A stretch of DNA of 64,000 nt from an uncultured Gemmatimonadales bacterium (GCA_963783385.1 CAWANJ010000009.1:128001-192000), one strand, 5' to 3'; shown: positions 9,957 to 19,518, counted from the first letter of the stretch. Numbers and translations are program-made. The notes: generated from the letters alone by a model not told the origin.

Positions 9957-11798
9957 ATGAGCCAGGAACCCCACGGGGGCGGCGTCCGCCCCCACTTTAC
10001 GATCCCCGCCGGCCTCGTGGCCGTCCTGCTCCTCGTCGTCCTGGTCGGGGTGGCGCTGCGGCGCGGCCCGGCCATCGCCCGGGCCGAGACCCCGGCCGAC
10101 CCCGCTGCGGCATCGGCCGACGGATCCGGGTCGGCAGCGGCCACCGGCGCGCCCTCGCGGGCGGCCTCCGGGCTCAAGTTCGAGATCTCCTTCCCGGCGT
10201 CCCTCACCCGTGAGGCTCAGACCGGGCACATCATCCTGATCATCTCGAACGACTCGAGCGCCGAGCCCCGCTTCCAGTACCACGTGTACCGGCCCAACGT
10301 GCAGCCGGGCTTCGGGCTGGACGTGGACGGCCTGAAGCCGGGACAGACGGCCGTCATCGACGGGAAGGTGTTCGGCTGGCCGCTGGAGAGCGTGAACGAT
10401 CTGCCGGCGGGGAACTACCGGGTGCAGGCCATCCTCAACCGGTACGAGGAGTACCACCGGGCCGACGGCCCCACGGTGTGGCTGCCGCCCAACAAGGGCG
10501 AGGGTCAGCACTGGTTCTCCAAGCCGGGCAACTTCTACAACGAGCCCGTCTCGGTCCACCTGGATCCGGCCTCGGGGCAGACCGTGAAGCTCAGCCTCGA
10601 CCAGGAGATCCCGCCGATCCCGGCGCCGAAGGACACGAAGTGGGTCAAGTACGTCCGCATCAAGAGCGACCTGCTGTCCAGGTTCTGGGGTCGTCCCATG
10701 TACCTGGGAGCCATCGTCCTCCTGCCGGCCGGGTTCGACGATCACCCGGACGCCCACTATCCGCTGGCGGTCGATCAGGGCCACTGGCCGACCGGGTTCG
10801 GCGAGTTCAGCCCGCATCCGCCCACGCCTGGCGAGTCCCGTGGGGACAGCATCCGCACCGCCTACGCCTACGACCTGTACAAGCGCTGGACGGGCCCGAA
10901 CTTCCCGCGCATGCTGGTCATGAAGATCCGCCATGCCAACCAGTACTACAATGACTCTTACGCGGTGAACTCGGAGAACCTGGGACCGTGGGGCGACGCG
11001 ATCGTCAAGGAGCTCATTCCCTACGTCGAGAAGAAGTTCCGGGGCATCGGCCAGGGCTGGGCCCGCACGCTGTACGGCGGCTCGACCGGAGGCTGGGAGA
11101 CGCTGGCGGACCAGGTGTTCTACCCGGACGACTTCAACGGGGCGTGGAGTTTCTGCCCGGATCCGGTCGACTTCCGCCAGTACGAGACGATCAACGTCTA
11201 CGACGATACGAGCGCCTTCTACTTCAACGCCGACTGGAAGAAGACGCCGCAGCCCTCGGGGCGGAACTACCTGGGCCACCTCCTGACCACGGTGGGGAAC
11301 GACAACCACTGGGAGTACGTCCAGGGCCGGAAGGACCGCTCGAGCGAGCAGTGGGACATCTGGGAGTCGGTGTTCGGACCGGTCGGGAAGGATGGCTACC
11401 CGCAGCGCATCTACGACAAGCTCACCGGCCACATCAACCCGCAGGTGGCCGAGTACTGGAAGGAGCACTACGACCTCCGGTTCATCCTCCAGCGCGATTG
11501 GAAGACGCTGGGTCCCAGGCTCGTGGGGAAGATCCACATCTACGCCGGCACCATGGACAGCTGGCACCTGAACAACGCCGTCTACCTGATGCAGGACTTC
11601 CTGGACACCACGAAGGATCCCTACTACGCCGGCTCCATCGAGTACGGGGACCGCTACGAGCACTGCTGGACCGGCGACTCCCAGCACTCGCTCCGAGTCG
11701 GGTCCATGACCGTGGACCGGCGATTCCTGCCCGTGATGGCGCGTCACATCATCGACACGGCCCCGGTGGGCGCGGACACGGTGAGCTGGAGGTACTAG
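9957..11798 (+). CDS. Membrane-anchored or secreted alpha/beta-hydrolase (putative esterase)
   Basis: N-terminal hydrophobic segment, SDLLSRFWGRPMYLGAIVLLP, nucleophile elbow GGSTGGW, PDPVDF. Confidence 0.75.
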   Translation: MSQEPHGGGVRPHFTIPAGLVAVLLLVVLVGVALRRGPAIARAETPADPAAASADGSGSAAATGAPSRAASGLKFEISFPASLTREAQTGHIILIISNDSSAEPRFQYHVYRPNVQPGFGLDVDGLKPGQTAVIDGKVFGWPLESVNDLPAGNYRVQAILNRYEEYHRADGPTVWLPPNKGEGQHWFSKPGNFYNEPVSVHLDPASGQTVKLSLDQEIPPIPAPKDTKWVKYVRIKSDLLSRFWGRPMYLGAIVLLPAGFDDHPDAHYPLAVDQGHWPTGFGEFSPHPPTPGESRGDSIRTAYAYDLYKRWTGPNFPRMLVMKIRHANQYYNDSYAVNSENLGPWGDAIVKELIPYVEKKFRGIGQGWARTLYGGSTGGWETLADQVFYPDDFNGAWSFCPDPVDFRQYETINVYDDTSAFYFNADWKKTPQPSGRNYLGHLLTTVGNDNHWEYVQGRKDRSSEQWDIWESVFGPVGKDGYPQRIYDKLTGHINPQVAEYWKEHYDLRFILQRDWKTLGPRLVGKIHIYAGTMDSWHLNNAVYLMQDFLDTTKDPYYAGSIEYGDRYEHCWTGDSQHSLRVGSMTVDRRFLPVMARHIIDTAPVGADTVSWRY

Positions 11799-11845
11799 GC
11801 TCGCGACGGACGCGCCGCCTACGGGCGCGATCGGGGACGTCGACA

Positions 11846-11867
11846 GGGGCCGCCCGCGGGCGGCCCC
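11846..11867. terminator. Perfect 22-bp palindrome between convergent genes, probable bidirectional terminator
   Basis: GGGGCCGCCCGCGGGCGGCCCC is its own reverse complement. No strong U-tract. Confidence 0.5.
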
Positions 11868-11888
11868 TTCGCGCATCGGGGCCCGGCG

Positions 11889-13826
11889 TCAGCCGCCCGC
11901 CGCCTCCTCGACGACGGGCAGGGTGATCCGGGAGGGATAGGTGGCCGAGCGGTACACCCGCTGGGTGGCCTTCCGGAAGTCGGCGTCGGTGGCCTCGAAG
12001 ATGTTGGGCACCCAGGTCTGCGGGTTGCGGTCGATGACCGGGAACCAGGTGCTCTGCACCTGCACCATGATCCGGTGCCCCTCGAGGAAGGTGTGGTCGG
12101 TGTCCAGGAGGTCTACGCGATAGGGGGTGACCTTCCCGGGGACCACCCGCTCGGGATGCTCGTAGCCGCTGCGGAACCGGGCCCGGAGCACGTTCTTGGC
12201 CACCATGAGCTCGTAGCCGCCCATGGCGGGCCGGTCCGGCACCTTGCCCGGGTAGACGTCGATGAGCTTCACCACCCAGTCGGCGCCGCCGCCCGAGGTG
12301 GAGGCGAACAGGTGGGCGACCACGTTGCCGGCCACGGTGACGTCGTGCTCCAGGGGCGGGGTCTCCCAGACGAGGACGTCGGGGCGGCCGTCGACGAAGC
12401 GCTGGTCCTGGACGAGCCACGTGGACCAGCCCGAGCCGGTGGGGTCGTAGGTGGGCTCGATGGGCCGGCGCCGGTAGGGGACCGGGTGGGCCGGGTCGGA
12501 GACGTACGCGTCGAAGGGAGGGGCGCCGGCCTCGGCGCCGGTGTGTCCCGCGGCCGGGGGTGGGTCGAAGGAGGCGGCGGCGCCGGCGCCCAGGTAGAGG
12601 TCGCGATCGGTCACCCCCTTCCGCGGCGGCCACTCCGACCACGTCCGCCACCGGTTCGAGCCCGTCTCGAAGGTCACGGCTCCCGGCAGGGGGCCCGCCC
12701 CCGGAGGGGCGTCTTTCAGGAGCCGATGGAACCACGGGGCCTGGATCTCGCGGCGGAAATGCTCGCCGGTGGGGCTCCCGAACCGGATGGCGCCCAGGCT
12801 GTCGCCCGGCCCGCTCGACCAGCCCCCATGCCGCCAGGGCCCCACCACCAGCGCGTTGATCCCGGTGGAGTCCGTCCGCTCCAGGGCCTTGTAGATGGTG
12901 ACCGGTCCGTAGAAGTCCTCCTGGTCCCACCACCCGGCCACGCTCAGCGTCGGCACCGTCACGCCGCGCAGGTAGGTGACGACGGCCTGTTCCCTCCAGT
13001 GCTCGTCGTAGTCGGGGTGGTGGACGAAGTCCTCCCAGGTGGGGATCGTGCCGTGCAGGTAGCGCTCGTTCACGTGTGAGAGGGCGCCCAGCTCCAGGTA
13101 CCAGCCGTACGTGTCGTGCACGGGGAACCGGAACTGGGTCGTCTCCTTCCCGGTCTCCATCATGGCCGCGTACTCGAAGCCGTAGCTCAGCCGGAAGGCG
13201 CCGCCGTGGTGGAAGTCGTCCCCGATGAAGTCGTCGGCGGGGGAGGCCTGCGGCGAGGCGGCCTTCAGGGCCGGGTGCGGGTGGAGGGTGGCCATGACCG
13301 TGAGCCAGCCCCCGTAGGAGATTCCCAGCATGCCGACCCGGCCGTTGTTGCCGGGCACGTGGTGGACGAGCCAGTCGATCGTGTCCCAGGTGTCGGTCCC
13401 CTCGTCGACGCAGGTCGAGCCGGCCGATGCGGGGCAGGGCGGCCGCTGCATGACGAAGTGCCCGCCCGACCCGAAGCGCCCCCGGATGTCCTGGAACGCG
13501 AAGATGTAGCCGTCCTCGGCCATGGCCCGCAGATAGGACCGGAAGTTCCGCTCGGCGTGACCGACACCATACGGCGTGCGGAGGAGGACGATGGGCAGGG
13601 GGGCGTCCTGCTCGGAGGGCCGGAAGATCACGGTGTGGAGGCGGATGGAGTCCCGCACCGGGATCATGGCTTCGTGCTTCTCGTAGCGGGCGAGGACGGA
13701 GGGCGGCCCTTCGGGCTGCTGAGCCCGAATCCCGGCGGCGGGCCAGGCGGCCAGCGAGGCCAGGCCGATGAGCAGGGGGAGGGACGCTGTCGGGCGCCGG
13801 CGCTGAACGGTCGTTCGGATCGTCAA
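11889..13826 (-). CDS. CocE/NonD-family hydrolase (peptidase S15; alpha-amino acid ester hydrolase / glutaryl-7-ACA acylase-like)
   Basis: GGAGG RBS then TTG at 13826, signal peptide, LLRTPY, QDIRGRFGSGG, GISYGG nucleophile, GWWDQED, GPWRHG, C-terminal PepX-like domain. Confidence 0.92.
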   Translation of the reverse strand: MTIRTTVQRRRPTASLPLLIGLASLAAWPAAGIRAQQPEGPPSVLARYEKHEAMIPVRDSIRLHTVIFRPSEQDAPLPIVLLRTPYGVGHAERNFRSYLRAMAEDGYIFAFQDIRGRFGSGGHFVMQRPPCPASAGSTCVDEGTDTWDTIDWLVHHVPGNNGRVGMLGISYGGWLTVMATLHPHPALKAASPQASPADDFIGDDFHHGGAFRLSYGFEYAAMMETGKETTQFRFPVHDTYGWYLELGALSHVNERYLHGTIPTWEDFVHHPDYDEHWREQAVVTYLRGVTVPTLSVAGWWDQEDFYGPVTIYKALERTDSTGINALVVGPWRHGGWSSGPGDSLGAIRFGSPTGEHFRREIQAPWFHRLLKDAPPGAGPLPGAVTFETGSNRWRTWSEWPPRKGVTDRDLYLGAGAAASFDPPPAAGHTGAEAGAPPFDAYVSDPAHPVPYRRRPIEPTYDPTGSGWSTWLVQDQRFVDGRPDVLVWETPPLEHDVTVAGNVVAHLFASTSGGGADWVVKLIDVYPGKVPDRPAMGGYELMVAKNVLRARFRSGYEHPERVVPGKVTPYRVDLLDTDHTFLEGHRIMVQVQSTWFPVIDRNPQTWVPNIFEATDADFRKATQRVYRSATYPSRITLPVVEEAAGG

Positions 13827-14190
13827 GAGAGTCTCTTCCTCCGCGCGCGTGGGCGGGCCTCGGCCGGTACGATCCGATCCTACCGGCCGCGAGCGGGATC
13901 GACAAGCGACACCCGTCGGTCTCGGGGACCCTGACGCCGCCCGACGTGCTCCGAGACCGACTCGCACGCCTCGAGGCCCGGGCCACGGCACGGCCCCGCG
14001 GATCGCAACGTCCGTCGCGTCCTGCGCGACCCGAAGATCCGAGCTTGCACGCGACCCGCCGTAAGTCCCTCCATCTCCACCACATCGATACCCAGGACCC
14101 GGGGCACGGCCCTTGATACGGGAGGGGTCGCGCACTGGGTCCGACCCGGACCTCCGGGCGCGAGAGCAGCTCGAGCCCATGGAAGCACAC

Positions 14191-16530
14191 ATGCCCACGC
14201 CGCGACACAGGTTGCTCCTCGCCGCGGCCCTTCCGATCCTGGTGGGGTGCGGGGGCCGTGCGCCCACGGGCCCCGCGAGTCCCGGGACGACCGTGGCCAG
14301 CCTGCGCGTGACGCCGGACACCGCGGACGTGATCGGGACCGGGGACACCTTGCGGCTCTCCGCTCGCGCGGAGGACGCGCTGGGTCAGCCGGTTCCCTAC
14401 ACCGGGGGGGTGCGGTGGAGCGTGTCGGACTCGGGCGTGGCTTCGATCGACACGGAGGGGCTCGTGACCGCGGCCCGAACGGGCGTCACCACGGTGACGG
14501 CGACGGGGGAGTCCGGGCTGTCGGGCGAGGCGACCGTCAGGGTGTTCGCCTCCGGCCCCCCGAGCATCACTTCCGTGAGCCCCCTTCCGCTACGCGAGGG
14601 CGCCGAGGCCGTCGTCCTCGGGAGCGGGTTTCGGCCGCAGCTCTCCGATGACTCGGTCACCGTGGACGGCGTGCCCGCCCGGGTCCTGGCGGCGGCTCCG
14701 GGCTCCCTGAGCATACGGGTCCCGACGTACGGTTGCCGGCCGTCCCGGACGGTGGCCGTGGAGGTGCGCACGTCCTTCGATCCGCCGGCCAGCGCCGACG
14801 TGCGGCTCCAGGGCGGCGGGACGAACGTGTCGCTCGACGTCGGAGGCCGTCTGCTGGTCCAGGACTCCGGCGCCTTCTGCCTGCAGTTCGCGGCGAGATC
14901 CGATTCGGACGGTTACCTGTTGGGAGTGCAGGCGACGGCCCCATCGGCGTCGGCCCTGGTCCCGGACGCGCTGACCGCGGTGACGGTCACCTCCGTCCCC
15001 GCTCCGTCCGCTGTCGCGGCCGCCGCCTCGATGGCGGCCGTGACCCCCGGCCCGCGATTCGACCGCCACGAGGGCGGTCACCACCACGATGATGACCCGC
15101 AGCCGGCTGCGAGCGACGCGGAGCGCGCGGCCCAGGCGGCCGCGGAGACGCGCCTGGACGCGTGGAGCCGGGAGAACCTGGACCCCGCCGCGTCGATCCC
15201 CGCCCGTCGCGCTTCGGCGGCGCGCCGTGCGTCACGCCTCGAGCGGATCCGCCCCGCCATGCTGGGCAACGGGCCGAGCGTCGGGGATACCCTCACCCTG
15301 CGGGTGCCGGATGGCCGTGCGTCGAACCCGTGCACCACGTTCACCACCATCCGAGCGGTCGTCCGGGTCCTGGGCACGGGCGCGATCCTGGCCGAGGACG
15401 TGGCGAATCCCGCCGGCGGAATGACCCTGTCTCAGTACCAGACGCTGAGCGACCGCCTGGACGGCCCCATCCTCGCCACCCTGGCGGATTACTTCGGCCG
15501 ACCGCCCGACATCGATGGCAACGGCCGGGTCATCGCGGTGTTCACCCGGGAGGTGAACCGCACCTGGTCGGGAGCCACCGCGTTCGTGTTCGGAGGGGAC
15601 TTCTACCCCCGGTCGGACTCGGCCGGGGCCTTCTCCTGTCCGTCCAGCGACGAGGGCGAGGTGTACTACTCGCGCGCTCCGGACCCGACCGGCGTGTACG
15701 GAACGCCCGTGACCGCGGCCTCCCTTCGCGCGCGCGCGCCCCTGATCATGGCGCACGAGATCACCCACATCATCCAGCAAGGTCACCGGTTCTCGGCGGC
15801 GGCGCCGTGGATGGCGTCGTGGATGATGGAAGGGCAGGCGGTCCTGGCGCAGGAGGTCGTGGGCCACGCCGTGATGGGGAACGCCCCCGGCCAGGACTAC
15901 GGACTGCAGGTCGCCTACAGCCACGATGCCGACGGGACCTACTGGTACCGCGAGCCCTTCCAGGGTCTATCGGACTACTTCGGGTACGTGAGCTCGGCCA
16001 GCCGGATACCGGATGCGCCGGCGGCTTGCGGCTGGTTGATCAGCGATCCTTCGCCCTGCGACGGGGCCCCGGCCTGGTACGCCGCCGGCTGGGCCTTTCT
16101 CCGGTGGCTCTCCGACCGGTTCGGCCCGGAGCTCGGAGGCGAACGTGCCCTCCAGCGTGCACTCATCGACGGCGACGCCTCGGGTTTCGCCAACGTCGAG
16201 GCCGTGGTGGGCCGGCCCTGGCGGGAGCTCCTGGCCGACTGGGCCGCCGCGCTCTACCTGGATGATCGCGTGCCGGCGGTCGGGCCCGACCTCGGCCTCG
16301 CCAGTTGGGACCTGCACGGGATCTTCGACGCCTACGGGATCAACACCGGCCTGCAGCCCGTGGAGGAGGGCTTCGGCGACTGGACGGTGAGCCAGGACAT
16401 CCGCTCCGCCTCTTCGGCCTACTTCGAGATGACGGGTCCGGGTCATCCCGGAACGGCGGTGCGCATCGGAGGTGCGTCGGGCGGCGCCCTGCCGCCGGGC
16501 CTGCAGGTGTGGGTCGTGCGGCTGCGCTGA
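14191..16530 (+). CDS. Lipoprotein with Ig-like (Big_2) and IPT/TIG domains and a C-terminal HExxH zinc-metalloprotease-like domain
   Basis: Lipobox LVGC, WSVSDSGVASIDTEGLVTA (Big_2), PSITSVSP..LREG (IPT), DIDGNGRV, AHEITHII...WMMEGQA. Confidence 0.8.
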   Translation: MPTPRHRLLLAAALPILVGCGGRAPTGPASPGTTVASLRVTPDTADVIGTGDTLRLSARAEDALGQPVPYTGGVRWSVSDSGVASIDTEGLVTAARTGVTTVTATGESGLSGEATVRVFASGPPSITSVSPLPLREGAEAVVLGSGFRPQLSDDSVTVDGVPARVLAAAPGSLSIRVPTYGCRPSRTVAVEVRTSFDPPASADVRLQGGGTNVSLDVGGRLLVQDSGAFCLQFAARSDSDGYLLGVQATAPSASALVPDALTAVTVTSVPAPSAVAAAASMAAVTPGPRFDRHEGGHHHDDDPQPAASDAERAAQAAAETRLDAWSRENLDPAASIPARRASAARRASRLERIRPAMLGNGPSVGDTLTLRVPDGRASNPCTTFTTIRAVVRVLGTGAILAEDVANPAGGMTLSQYQTLSDRLDGPILATLADYFGRPPDIDGNGRVIAVFTREVNRTWSGATAFVFGGDFYPRSDSAGAFSCPSSDEGEVYYSRAPDPTGVYGTPVTAASLRARAPLIMAHEITHIIQQGHRFSAAAPWMASWMMEGQAVLAQEVVGHAVMGNAPGQDYGLQVAYSHDADGTYWYREPFQGLSDYFGYVSSASRIPDAPAACGWLISDPSPCDGAPAWYAAGWAFLRWLSDRFGPELGGERALQRALIDGDASGFANVEAVVGRPWRELLADWAAALYLDDRVPAVGPDLGLASWDLHGIFDAYGINTGLQPVEEGFGDWTVSQDIRSASSAYFEMTGPGHPGTAVRIGGASGGALPPGLQVWVVRLR

Positions 16531-16538
16531 ACGGCCTT

Positions 16539-17159
16539 CTAGGACTCTCCGGAGGCGCTCGAGGCCAGCTCTTCGATCAGGCGCTCCGACAGGGGGAGCA
16601 GAGGGCCCTCGAGGGCATCGCGCAGGAGGCCGGCGGCCTCGCGCGTGAGGCTGTCGGGATACTCCCGGTCGGCGGTGAAGCGCACCACGTTCCCGGCGTG
16701 GAGCGCCGCGAGCTGGCCCTCGTGTCCCTCTCCGGCGGCATTCGCGTCGCCACCGGCGGCCCCGAGGTCGGGCTCGTCCTCCAGGCTGGCTCGCCAGTCC
16801 TCGTCCTCCGAGGGGGATGTGCCTTCGCCCTGGAGCTCCGAGAGCGCGACCGGAGGAAGGAGCACCAGCAGCTGGCCCACAATTCCGGGGTACTCCTCGA
16901 CGCAGCTCAGGCCGACCTGTCGAGGTTCTATGAACAGGTGTCGCAGCCGGTCCAGGGAGCCTTCCACGGCCGCGAACTGTCCGATCGGAACGCCCGTATC
17001 CTTCCGGAGGATCTGGACCGACACCGTCCCCTCCGGGACCGGGCGGCCGGGGTCGAGATCGGTGTCCAGGGCGATGCGGTTGCGGGTCCCGACGAACACC
17101 ACCTCGGGATCGCCCCGTCCGGTGCGGATGTCCCGCGCGTCCCTGTGGGTGGGATCCAT
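16539..17159 (-). CDS. Hypothetical protein with acidic linker
   Basis: About 206-aa ORF with host-like codon usage; no motif recognised; start uncertain. Confidence 0.6.
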   Translation of the reverse strand: MDPTHRDARDIRTGRGDPEVVFVGTRNRIALDTDLDPGRPVPEGTVSVQILRKDTGVPIGQFAAVEGSLDRLRHLFIEPRQVGLSCVEEYPGIVGQLLVLLPPVALSELQGEGTSPSEDEDWRASLEDEPDLGAAGGDANAAGEGHEGQLAALHAGNVVRFTADREYPDSLTREAAGLLRDALEGPLLPLSERLIEELASSASGES

Positions 17160-17250
17160 GTACGTTCGGCCCAAGTTGCCTCCGTCGTCCGCCTGGTGGT
17201 GCGATTCGAACGGGAGGTACACCGACGTGGGCGCGAGGTGCGGATACAAC

Positions 17251-17288
17251 GAAGAAGAGGGGGACGACCCTCGGCCGTCCCCCTCTCC
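17251..17288 (-). terminator. Intrinsic terminator (minus strand)
   Basis: Minus strand reads GAGGGGGACGGCC-GAG-GGTCGTCCCCCTC followed by TTCTTCGTT. The single mismatch is a G-U pair only on the minus-strand RNA. Confidence 0.65.
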
Positions 17289-17322
17289 CGTGGAGCCTTT
17301 CGGCCCTGTGGATCTCGCTTCG

Positions 17323-17385
17323 TCAGCCGACCCGCTTCACGAAGAGCAGCTCGGGGCGCCGTCCGTTCCATCGTCGATAGAGCAT
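17323..17385 (-). CDS. Candidate 20-aa small protein MLYRRWNGRRPELLFVKRVG
   Basis: Strong RBS (AAAAAGGAGAG) just upstream of the ATG; followed by a GAAA hairpin and a terminator. Confidence 0.45.
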   Translation of the reverse strand: MLYRRWNGRRPELLFVKRVG

Positions 17386-17470
17386 CGTCGTCTCTCCTTT
17401 TTCAGTATCAGGTCGATCGTGTCTCGGTCCGTGCTTCGGTCCACCCTACGGAGCTCGCGTCCTGCGGGTT

Positions 17471-18073
17471 TCAGGTGATCGGACAGCGTCCTGCCGTCCG
17501 CACGGTGGACTCCTGGGGAGCCGGCCATGGGATGCGTGCCAGGGTCACGTCCGTGAGCGTCTCGTGCGGCGCCGTCACCGGGACGAGGCTGGGGGGATCG
17601 GGCTCGAGGTGTGCCACACGAGTCGGCTCGAGCCAGGCGCGCACCGCGGGAGGCGCCGGCCACGGCTCGGGCTTCAGCGCCGGCGGGACGATGGCCTCCT
17701 GCCATCGCCGCGCGATGTGCCCGGGTGCCTGGATGCCCGGCTCCGCCTCGCGCACCGGCGAGGCTCCCGAGGCCAGGATGTCTACCGCGACCGCCACCGG
17801 CGGCCTGGGCCACGGGTGCTCGTGCAGGTCGGGGAGCACGATCCCCTCGACAGGCAGGCGCACGCTCACCGGATCCGGTCGGCAGGGCTCCACCCACAGG
17901 TATTGCGATGGTAAGCGACTGCCGAACAGCGAGCGCGCGGCCTCGACCCGGACGCCCGCGTCCTGGACCCCGGCGGGCCGGGTGGCCTGTATGGCCATGG
18001 CGACGGGCAGGAAGGCGAGGATCGAGAGGGGGCTGGTGAGTCGACCGAGCTTGCTTCGCGTGGCGTACGGCAT
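17471..18073 (-). CDS. Hypothetical proline-rich protein with an N-terminal hydrophobic segment
   Basis: GGAGGG RBS before MPYATRSK; 200 aa; no family recognised. Confidence 0.5.
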   Translation of the reverse strand: MPYATRSKLGRLTSPLSILAFLPVAMAIQATRPAGVQDAGVRVEAARSLFGSRLPSQYLWVEPCRPDPVSVRLPVEGIVLPDLHEHPWPRPPVAVAVDILASGASPVREAEPGIQAPGHIARRWQEAIVPPALKPEPWPAPPAVRAWLEPTRVAHLEPDPPSLVPVTAPHETLTDVTLARIPWPAPQESTVRTAGRCPIT

Positions 18074-18243
18074 GGCGCCCTCCGCATGGCGACGTGGGGT
18101 GGACCTGGCACGACCGTTTCTGTCAAATTGGACGTACGGGGAGCCGGCAGGGTTTGATCGGGCGCGACCAACGAGGCGAGGATGCGCCGAATGACCATGA
18201 GAATGCGCTGGACGACGGGTCGCGCCGGCGCCGTGGCCACGCG

Positions 18244-19518
18244 ATGGGAGGATGGAGCGTGAGGGAGGTCGAGGAACGGGTGCTGGGGGCGTTGTCTCCC
18301 GACTACCTGTTGGACTGCCTGGAGGAGCTGGTCGCGATCCCGAGCCTGTCGGGCGGCGAGACGCCGGCCCAGGAGGCCGTGGCGGGCCGAATGAGGGAGA
18401 TCGGGCTGGGCATGGACGTGTGGGCGATCGATTTCGAGACGCTCCGGAGCCATCCAGCTTACACGGCCGAGATCGAGAGAGACTCGGGTCTCGGGGTCGT
18501 CGGGTCAATGGGGCGGGGCGACGGCCCCACCCTCATCCTCAATGGCCACGTGGACGTGGTCGAGGCCGGGGAGCCGGATCGCTGGACCTCCCCTCCGTTC
18601 GAGGCACGGGCCCGGGGCGGCCGCGTGTACGGCCGGGGCACGTGTGACATGAAGGGCGGGCTGTGCTGCGCCCTGGCGGTCGCACGGGCCATCGCCGACG
18701 CGGGGGTCGACCTGCAGGGAACGCTGCAGCTCCAGAGCGTGATCGGGGAGGAGGACGGTGGCGCCGGCACGCTGGCCACGCTCGTACGCGGGCACACGGG
18801 CCAGGGGGCCGTCGTGCTCGAGCCCACCGGACTGGCGATCGGACCCGCCCATGGCGGCGCGCTGGGCTTCCGCGTCACGGTCCCCGGCCTGGCGGCGCAC
18901 GGCGCCTTCCGCGAGGAGGGCGTGAGTCCGATCGAGCCCTTCGGGCGTCTCGTAGCCGCGCTGCGCGAGCTGGAGGCGGAGCGCAACCGCGACGTGTCCG
19001 ATCCCCTGTTCGCGGACGACGCGCTACCCTTCGCCCTGGCGATCGGCCGCGTACGTTCGGGGATCTGGGCCTCCACCGTCCCCGAGTCGCTCCAGTTCGA
19101 GGGGAGGCTCGGCTTCCCCCCCGGAGAGGATCCCGAGCACGCTCGACGGGCGTTCGAGGCCGCGGTGTCGTCCGCGTCGGCCGACGACCCGTGGCTGGCT
19201 CGGAACCCGCCTGTCGTGGAGTGGTCCGGCGCGCAGTTCGGGGCGGCCCGCACGGACCCGGACTCTCCCGTCGTGCGCACACTGGAGGCGGCGTTCGGGG
19301 AGGTGACGCAGACGCTGCCGCTCGTGCGAGGGATGCGCTACGGCTCGGACATGCGCCTCCTGGTCGCGGTGGGGGGCATTCCGACCGTGCATTTCGGACC
19401 CGGCGATGTGCGTGATGCGCACCGGCCCGACGAAAACGTTCTCGTCGAGGAGCTCATCACCGCGGCCCGGGTAGTCGCCGTCGCGGCGCTGCGCTTCTGC
19501 GGCGTGGCGGGGGGATGA
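18244..19518 (+). CDS. M20/ArgE-DapE family deacylase (acetylornithine deacetylase-like)
   Basis: LILNGHVDVV, YGRGTCDMKGG, GEEDGG, GPG....AH.PDE metal-binding motifs. Confidence 0.92.
   Translation: MGGWSVREVEERVLGALSPDYLLDCLEELVAIPSLSGGETPAQEAVAGRMREIGLGMDVWAIDFETLRSHPAYTAEIERDSGLGVVGSMGRGDGPTLILNGHVDVVEAGEPDRWTSPPFEARARGGRVYGRGTCDMKGGLCCALAVARAIADAGVDLQGTLQLQSVIGEEDGGAGTLATLVRGHTGQGAVVLEPTGLAIGPAHGGALGFRVTVPGLAAHGAFREEGVSPIEPFGRLVAALRELEAERNRDVSDPLFADDALPFALAIGRVRSGIWASTVPESLQFEGRLGFPPGEDPEHARRAFEAAVSSASADDPWLARNPPVVEWSGAQFGAARTDPDSPVVRTLEAAFGEVTQTLPLVRGMRYGSDMRLLVAVGGIPTVHFGPGDVRDAHRPDENVLVEELITAARVVAVAALRFCGVAGG

Noticed and set aside
18106-18121. Sigma54-like TGGCACG-N4-TTTCT before the M20 gene (similar CGGCACG-N4-TTTCG near 19926)
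   Set aside because: The conserved -12 GC is missing and no activator is nearby, so it is too weak to call.
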